From Flavobacteriales bacterium BRH_c54 (GTDB lineage Bacteria; Bacteroidota; Bacteroidia; Flavobacteriales_E; Vicingaceae), in contig LADZ01000022.1 of NCBI GenBank assembly GCA_000961845.1, positions 33,329 to 97,328 on the forward strand: a DNA stretch of 64,000 nt, read 5' to 3'. Position numbers and translations under genes: made by a program. The notes beneath the pieces are model-generated. The model was not told where the DNA came from, did no database searches, and saw only the letters and a list, made by a program, of their open reading frames with translations. Positions 62,609 to 64,000 of the stretch are shown here, one piece after another (position 1 is the first letter of the stretch; each line of letters begins with the position of its first letter).

Positions 62609-62639
62609 TTTGTAAAACGTTTTTGAAATTCTATATTTG
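62609..62639 (+). promoter_or_regulatory. Candidate Bacteroidota sigma-A promoter for secDF (TTTG-N19-TATATTTG).
   Basis: -33 tttg at about 62609-12, a 19-nt spacer, and -7 tatatttg at about 62632-39. The ATG at 62680 is about 40 nt downstream. Confidence 0.4.
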
Positions 62640-62679
62640 CAGGCTTATAATTTTTTAACAAAAATACACACGAAAAGAA

Positions 62680-64000
62680 ATGCAAAACAAAGGACTATTA
62701 ACAACGTTTACCATACTTTTTGCAATAGCGAGTTTATACTCATTATCGCTTACATGGTTTGCCGTAAATGTAGAAAACGATGCGAAAGAATACGCAGAAA
62801 CGTATCATAATGGAAGTTCAGATGCTGAATTTGCTTATTTAGATTCTATGGCTTCAGAAGAAGTTTATCCGGTAATCGGCTATACTTACGGTGAGCTAAG
62901 AGCTAAAATGCTTAACTTAGGGTTGGACTTAAAAGGTGGTATGAATGTAACCTTAGAAGTACAAGTTGATGAAGTAGTTAGAGCACTAGCTTCTTACAGT
63001 GATGACCCTGCTTTTAATAATGCTATTAAAAAAGCAAATGAATTACAAGTGCAAAATGGTGGCAACTTTGTTACTTATTTTGAACAAGCTTATAATGAAG
63101 TTAACCCTGGAGGAAAATTAATTTCTGTGTTCTACACTAGAGATAATAAAGAAAAATTATCTCCAAATGCCTCCAACCAAGAAGTAATAGAATTTATTAG
63201 TGATATTGCTAATGCTGCTATTGAACAATCTTTTGAAGTAATTAGAACAAGAATTGGTTTATTTGGAGCTGCTCAACCTAGCATTCAACGTTTAACAGGT
63301 TCAGATAGAATTTTGGTTGAATTACCGGGAGTTAAAAACAAAGAAAGAGTTCGTCAGTTATTACAAGGAACGGCTAAATTAGAATTCTGGACTACTTACC
63401 AAAACAATGAATTTTATCCTTTATTAGCTGAAGCCAATTCTACATTAGCTAAATTGCTAAACAAAGATGAAAAAACTGAAGAAGCTAACGATTCAACTAG
63501 TACTGAGAAAACCCAAGATACTGCATTGACTGATGTAAAAGCTGAAGAAACTCCTGCTATTGAAACTCCTGCTGAAGAAGAAAATGACTTATTATCTCAA
63601 TTAGGAGATGATTCAACAAAAACTGATACTTCTTCTAACGATTTATTATCTCAGTTAGATGATGCTACAGGTGAAGATTCATTAGCTTTATTCCAAAAAA
63701 GTGTAAAAGAAAATCCGCTGTTTGCTATTATGACTATTCCTACTTACACCAACGAGGAAGGTCAACAAATGTTTGCTGAAGGGCCTGTTGTAGGTATTGT
63801 TGCTGTAAAAGATACTGCTAAGGTAAACAGCTATTTAGCTAAACCTGAGATTAAAGAAATTATTAACCCAAGAAAATACAAGTTACTTTGGGCTTACAAA
63901 CCTTTTGATGATAATCAGCAATTTATTCAGCTTTATGCTATAAAAGTTGAAAACAGAGACGGAAAAGCTGAATTAGAAGGAGATGTTATTGTTGATGCAT
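62680..64000 (+). CDS. secDF: Protein translocase subunit SecDF (fused), N-terminal part. It continues beyond the window end.
   Basis: N-terminal TM helix, SecD periplasmic P1 head blocks (LGLDLKGGMNVTLEV; DRILVELPG; AKLEFW). The frame is open to position 64000. Confidence 0.85.
   Translation, partial: MQNKGLLTTFTILFAIASLYSLSLTWFAVNVENDAKEYAETYHNGSSDAEFAYLDSMASEEVYPVIGYTYGELRAKMLNLGLDLKGGMNVTLEVQVDEVVRALASYSDDPAFNNAIKKANELQVQNGGNFVTYFEQAYNEVNPGGKLISVFYTRDNKEKLSPNASNQEVIEFISDIANAAIEQSFEVIRTRIGLFGAAQPSIQRLTGSDRILVELPGVKNKERVRQLLQGTAKLEFWTTYQNNEFYPLLAEANSTLAKLLNKDEKTEEANDSTSTEKTQDTALTDVKAEETPAIETPAEEENDLLSQLGDDSTKTDTSSNDLLSQLDDATGEDSLALFQKSVKENPLFAIMTIPTYTNEEGQQMFAEGPVVGIVAVKDTAKVNSYLAKPEIKEIINPRKYKLLWAYKPFDDNQQFIQLYAIKVENRDGKAELEGDVIVDA

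Noticed and set aside
1-64000. Scanned for CRISPR arrays, tRNA/rRNA genes, transposases/integrases, and prophage hallmarks.
   Set aside because: There are no regularly spaced direct repeats and no cloverleaf-like GC-rich segments in intergenic regions. No ORF resembles DDE transposases, tyrosine/serine recombinases, or phage structural proteins.

Overview
This 64 kb window is an AT-rich chromosomal segment of a Bacteroidota genome that looks Flavobacteriia-like. Three proteins carry T9SS C-terminal sorting domains, gldB-gldC and porT are present, and the rsfS-ftsH-cdsA and gldB-gldC-hemN-nadA syntenies match that lineage. Coding density is high and the genes are mostly housekeeping: dnaE (5' portion), ftsH, cdsA, mscL, sugE, birA, nadA, hemN, nadE, dapB, nth, ubiE, ribH, rlmI, bshC, rimO, tyrS, rarA, xth, and secDF (5' end). 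There are no rRNA or tRNA genes, CRISPR arrays, transposases or integrases. Five things are worth a second look. (1) A translationally coupled four-gene operon at 54.3-57.2 kb: RPE-like barrel+CBS pair, Thermotoga-type DAHP synthase with ferredoxin-like domain, KdsC-family phosphatase with N-terminal extension, and DUF3820. (2) A small accessory islet at 29.0-30.7 kb holding an orphan 227-aa protein behind an unusual cluster of direct and inverted repeats, a GC-rich structured element, and a ClbS/DfsB-like gene. (3) A decayed type II R-M locus at 2.8-4.1 kb: a C5-MTase N-terminal fragment, a candidate nuclease, and a 529-bp gene-less gap. (4) A 16-bp sequence, part of an imperfect palindrome, shared between the dnaE upstream region and the islet. 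(5) Short GC-rich motifs recurring in intergenic regions. Coordinates of short motifs may be off by 1-2 nt.
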